NCBI GenBank assembly: GCA_977017645.1
Contig: CDRNVU010000224.1
Coordinates: 992,001 to 1,056,000, forward strand
DNA: 64,000 nucleotides
Reading direction: 5' to 3'
Origin: Torpedo marmorata
Lineage: Eukaryota
Notes under the pieces: model-generated
What the model saw: only the letters and a program-made list of their open reading frames with translations
The model's database searches: none
Told to the model about the DNA's origin: nothing
Made by a program: the position numbers and the translations under genes
Part shown: positions 60,531 through 64,000 of the stretch, piece after piece
Layout of the letters: every line of letters starts with the position of its first letter
How positions within the stretch are numbered: position 1 is the stretch's first letter

Positions 60531-61378
60531 ATGAGCAGATTTGCAGATGACACTAAACTGGGTGGCGGTGTAAAGTGTGAAGAGGATGTCAGGAAAATGC
60601 AGAGGGACTTGGACAGGTTGGGGGAGTGGGCTGAAGAATGGAAGATGAAGTTCAATGTGAGCAAATGTGAGGTTATCCATTTTGGGGGCAGTAATAGGAA
60701 AGCTGAGTATTATTTAAATGGAGACAAGCTAGGGAGTGGGGAAGTGCAAATGGATCTGGGTGTACTTGTTCACCGGTCACTGAAGGCTAACATGCAGGTT
60801 CAGAAAGCTGTGAAGAAGGCAAATGGCATGTTGGCTTTCATAAAGAGGGGATTGGAGTATAGGAGCAGAGACGCCCTTCTGCAGTTGTACAGGGCCCTGG
60901 TGAGACCCCACCTGGAGTATTGCGTCCAGTTCTGGTCTCCAAATTTGAGGAAGGACATACTAGCTATAGAGGGTGTGCAGCGCAGATTTACAAGGTTAGT
61001 TCCAGGGATGGCAGGGTTGACATATGCTGAAAGGTTAGAAAAACTGGACTTATATCCGATGGAGTTTAGAAGGATGAGGGGGGACATGATTGAGGTATAC
61101 AAAATTATCAAGGGGATAGACAGGGTGAAGTCAGATTACTTGTTCCCAATGATGGGAGAGACGAGGACTAGAGGGCATAGTTTAAGAATACAGGGAAGGC
61201 CCTTTAGGACGGAGATGAGGAAAATATTTTTACCCAGAGAAGTGTGAATCTGTGGAATGCTCTGCCACAGAGGGTGGTAGAGGAAGATTCGCTGATTATG
61301 TTCAAAAGAGAGTTAGATAAGACTCTAGTGGGCAGAGGATTTAAGGGTTATGGGGATAAGGCTGCTAAGGGGTACTGA
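60531..61378 (+). pseudogene. CR1 reverse transcriptase C-terminal fragment; frameshift near 61222-61232, native stop TGA at 61376-61378
   Basis: The 238-aa ORF 60531..61247 continues in another frame as TQRSVNLWNALPQRVVEEDSLIMFKRELDK...KGY*, the typical CR1 ORF2 C-terminus (FFTQRVVNLWN.LP). Confidence 0.9.
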
Positions 61379-61465
61379 TAGTAGTGATCAGCAATGATCT
61401 GTAAAATGGCGGTGCTGGCTCGACGGGCCGAAGGGCCTACTCCAGCTCCTATTGTCTATTGTCTA
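60531..61465 (+). mobile_element. 5'-truncated CR1-clade LINE (elasmobranch HER1-like 3' end): RT C-terminal part, 3'UTR and (CTATTGT)n tail
   Basis: The ORF contains FADDTKLGG, KFNVSKCEVIHFG, DLGVLVH, LYRALVRPHLEYCVQFWSP, IEGVQRRFTR and TRGHSL. The 3'UTR has GCTGGCTCGACGGGCCGAAGGGCCTACTCC followed by CTATTGTCTATTGTCTAT. It is flanked by TAAAC at 60526-60530 and 61466-61470. Confidence 0.95.
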
Positions 61466-61466
61466 T
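61425..61466 (+). other. CR1 3'-terminal stem-loop (GGCC-GAAG-GGCC) and short tandem tail (CTATTGT) x ~2.5
   Basis: GGCC at 61426-61429 can pair with GGCC at 61434-61437, and the tail runs 61449-61466. CR1/L2-type LINEs end in a hairpin plus microsatellite rather than poly(A). Confidence 0.8.
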
Positions 61467-61619
61467 AAACTTCCTCCACATTACCTCTGTGCTTTCACGC
61501 TTAAACATCTGTTTTCAATTTCGTCTCTCTCGTTCCTGCCTCATCCCGTCATAATTAGCCCTTCCCCAGTTTAAACACTTTCCCATTTTGTCTGTTTTGT
61601 GTCCCTTTCCACAGCTATG
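61466..61619 (-). mobile_element. Upstream continuation of the minus-strand CR1 remnant (just after the endonuclease domain)
   Basis: The minus strand reads ..NWGRANYDGMRQERERRN*KQMFKRESTEVMWRKF, which joins in frame to RDHLCWVQDR at 60525 once the plus-strand insert and one TAAAC are removed. Confidence 0.85.
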
Positions 61620-61644
61620 TTTTTTTTTTGTTTTTTTTTATAAT

Positions 61645-61650
61645 TTTATT
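61645..61650 (-). promoter_or_regulatory. L1 polyadenylation signal AATAAA
   Basis: TTTATT on the + strand lies ~5 nt from the T-tract, the usual tight L1 arrangement. Confidence 0.75.
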
Positions 61651-61722
61651 TAATTTTTTAAAATCACAAAATACATATATCAAAAAAAATAATGTATTAT
61701 TGAAAATACATGTGATATATTA

Positions 61723-61760
61723 CCACCCCCCCTTCCCACCCTCCCCTCCCCAACCCTCCC
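61723..61760 (-). other. G-rich polypurine tract in the L1 3'UTR (potential G-quadruplex)
   Basis: The minus strand reads GGGAGGGTTGGGGAGGGGAGGGTGGGAAGGGGGGGTGG: at least seven runs of three or more G with 1-2-nt loops, within an otherwise AT-rich UTR. Confidence 0.75.
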
Positions 61761-61935
61761 AAGCTATCTAATAAAAAAGAAAAAATAGAATATAAAAATG
61801 TTAGTTAAAAGAAAAGAAATAGATTGAATAATAAAGTTAAGAAAGTTAGTGTTAGTGTGAGGAGAAAACGATTTCAAGCTAACTCTACTTATATATTGGA
61901 GGTTACTTTTGTCAGCGGTACTAACTTCTAGAGAA

Positions 61936-64000
61936 TTAATTCATACCCATAATTCTCATGTATGGGCTCCAAATTTTCAGAAAGAAATGGTATTTGTCTC
62001 GTAAATTATACGTAATTTTTTCCAATGGTATACACGAGCGTAACTCTGCATGTAATCTATCCAAATTTAAATCTAAGTCTGATTTCCAAGTAATAGCAAT
62101 ACATTTTTTTGAAATTGCTAACACAATTCGTAAAAATTCTATTTGATACATATTCAATCTATTTCTAATACTGATTTTTTTAATATCTCCAAACAGAAAT
62201 ATCATAGGGTCCATTGGAATCGTAATATTAAGAATTCTATCTAAAAAATCCTTGACTTTAGACCAAAAATTTTTAATTTTCAAACACGACCATGTACAAT
62301 GTACAAAAGAACCTATTTCATCTTTACATCTAAAACACATATCTGACAATGCCGGATTGAATTTCTTTAATTTTTTAGGTGTTATATATAATTGATGAAA
62401 AAAATTATATTGTATATATCTTTATATATTATATTCTATATCTAACATTAATAATCTTAGTCATACTCAGTTTACATAGTTCTTTCCAGTGTTGTTCATC
62501 TATACTAGTATTTAGATCTGATTCCCAATTTAATCTAGATTTATGTAGTCCTACTTTAAGCATTTTTTTCTGAAGTAATTTATACATTTGCGATATAAAT
62601 TTGTTAAAATTTCCATTAGTAATTAATAACTCTAACCCATCTTGTCTAGGGGATAATAATTGATTCCCTAATTTCTCAACTAAAAATCCTTTAACTTGAT
62701 AATAAGCCAAAATTGTATTATCCATTATACCAAATTTTTCTTTCAATCTAGAAAAAGTAACAAATCTTCCTGCCTCAAAACAATCTTTGATCTTCTTAAT
62801 TCCTTTTTGATACCATAATTTTAAAAATTGATTATCAATAGAAAATGGTAATAATAAATTCTGATATAATGGCATATTTAAAGAAATTGATCCTTTTCGT
62901 CCTATTTCATTATCTAATTGATTCCAAATTTCCAATAGATGTTTAATAATCGGTGACTTTTTCTTTTTAATCAATAATAATTTAGAATTCCATTTATAAA
63001 TAATATCTTCCTTATTTCTTTCTCCTATATTACTCAATTCTATATTAATCCAAGCCGTATTTTTAGTTAAATCAAATAGTTCATTTATAAATTTTAATTG
63101 TGCTGCCTTATAATAATATTGAAAATTAGGGAGTTGTAATCCACCCATTTCGTATTCCCAAGTTAATTTATCCATACTTACTCTTGCCAATTTTCCTTTC
63201 CATAAAAACTTTCTAATAATAATTTTTAAATCTTTAAAAAAATTTTGAGGAATACCAAAAGGTATAGATTGAAAAAGATATTGAACTCTTGGAAAAATAT
63301 TCATTTTAATACAATTCACTCTTCCCATTAAAGTTATGGGTAAATCTTTCCAATTATCCAAATCCTTCTTTATTTTCTGAAATAAAGGTATGTAATTTAA
63401 TTTATATAATTTTCTAACTTTGTATCCACTTTAACTCCCAAATATTTAATAGCTTCTTTAGCCCATTTAAATTTTGTAACTTCTTTACATTTAGTATAGT
63501 CTCCTTGAGATAAAGCCATTATCTCACTTTTATCCGAATTAATTTTATATCCAGATATTTCACCATATTCCCTCAATATTTTATCTAATTGTTGAAGTGA
63601 TTTAATAGACTTTGTCATATATATTAATACATCATCTGCAAACAAACTAATTTTATGCTCTTCTACACCTACTTTTATCCCATTTATATTAATATCTTTC
63701 CTAATCATTTCCGCCAACGGTTCTATTGCCAATACAAATAAAGCAGGTGACAATGGACATCCTTGTCTTTTTGACCGCGTCAAAGAGAATTTAGATGATA
63801 TCTGACCATTTGTAATTACTCTGGCTGTAGGTTCCTTATATATAGTCTTAATCCAGTTTATAAACGTATTTCCAAATCCATATTTCTCTAAAACCTTAAA
63901 TAAAAACTTCCATTCTAGTCTATCAAATGCTTTTTCTGCATCTAATGCTATCACTAACGGCAAATCCTGTTTCTTTTTTTGTAAATTAATCAAACTTATT
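61936..64000 (-). pseudogene. L1 ORF2 broken into three frames (63993-63397, 63361-62429, 62349-61936)
   Basis: There is a frameshift near 63410 (KLENYIN* versus ...YKLNYIPLFQKIKKDLDNW in the next frame). An AT-rich insertion/frameshift lies near 62415-62435 (VRYRI* then IQYNFFHQLYITPKKLKKFNPALSDMC). Confidence 0.9.

Larger units (their letters stand above)
61620..64000 (-). mobile_element. L1-clade LINE, 3' portion (ORF2 RT and C-terminal domain, 3'UTR, poly(A)); continues past the right window edge
   Basis: RT motifs ALDAEKAFDR, RQGCPLSPALF, LFADDVL, SGYKIN and IKYLGV are present, as are W..LPITLMGRVNCIKMNI.P, GGLQLPN...YY.A and the zinc knuckle CFRC-x7-H-x4-C. The T-tract at 61620-61639 is the poly(A) tail. 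The element is very AT-rich. Confidence 0.95.

Noticed and set aside
60344-61111. Minus-strand ORFs 60344..60664 and 60800..61111 as genes
   Set aside because: They are antisense shadows of the plus-strand CR1. The first is a chimera crossing the insertion junction into the older CR1.
59937-61465. Single CR1 with a 5' inversion (twin priming)
   Set aside because: The minus-strand sequence continues in frame on the far side of the plus-strand element with a TSD, and the two parts differ greatly in decay. Nested insertion fits better.
61958-62573. Plus-strand ORFs 61958..62146 and 62379..62573
   Set aside because: They are short AT-rich antisense frames of L1 ORF2 with no independent support.
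59937-64000. Novel multi-RT system (retron, DGR or RT-plus-repeat-array defence system)
   Set aside because: All RT fragments carry standard CR1 or L1 motifs, tails and insertion hallmarks, and all are truncated or frameshifted. Nothing links them functionally to the satellite.

Overview
This is eukaryotic, gene-free repetitive DNA. The CR1 3' end resembles those of sharks, skates and rays, so the host is probably a cartilaginous fish, but that is an inference. Bases 1 to ~59,935 are one strand-polarised satellite built on a ~17-bp monomer (consensus CCCGGAGTGAGTCTG[A/T]T), organised in three layers. (i) The left domain (1 to ~9.6 kb) has a ~4.84-kb superrepeat containing homogeneous 34-bp dimer arrays. 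(ii) The central domain (~10.5-56.46 kb) is a ~3,142-bp higher-order repeat (HOR) made of ~622, ~1,652 and ~868-bp sub-blocks, with many deletion/recombination variants and long-range near-identical duplications. (iii) A diverged monomeric fringe runs from 56.46 to 59.93 kb. Each HOR sub-block starts with a fixed ~50-bp micro-inversion of the satellite itself, the only reverse-orientation sequence I found in the array. The last 4 kb are retrotransposon remnants: an old minus-strand CR1 ORF2 fragment, a younger 5'-truncated plus-strand CR1 inserted into it (TAAAC target-site duplication), and a frameshifted minus-strand L1-clade element with its 3'UTR and poly(A). The many ORFs inside the satellite are artefacts of a stop-poor strand. 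I found no evidence of a new protein-coding system. The interesting signal is the satellite architecture. All counts and offsets were made by eye or from the supplied ORF coordinates.
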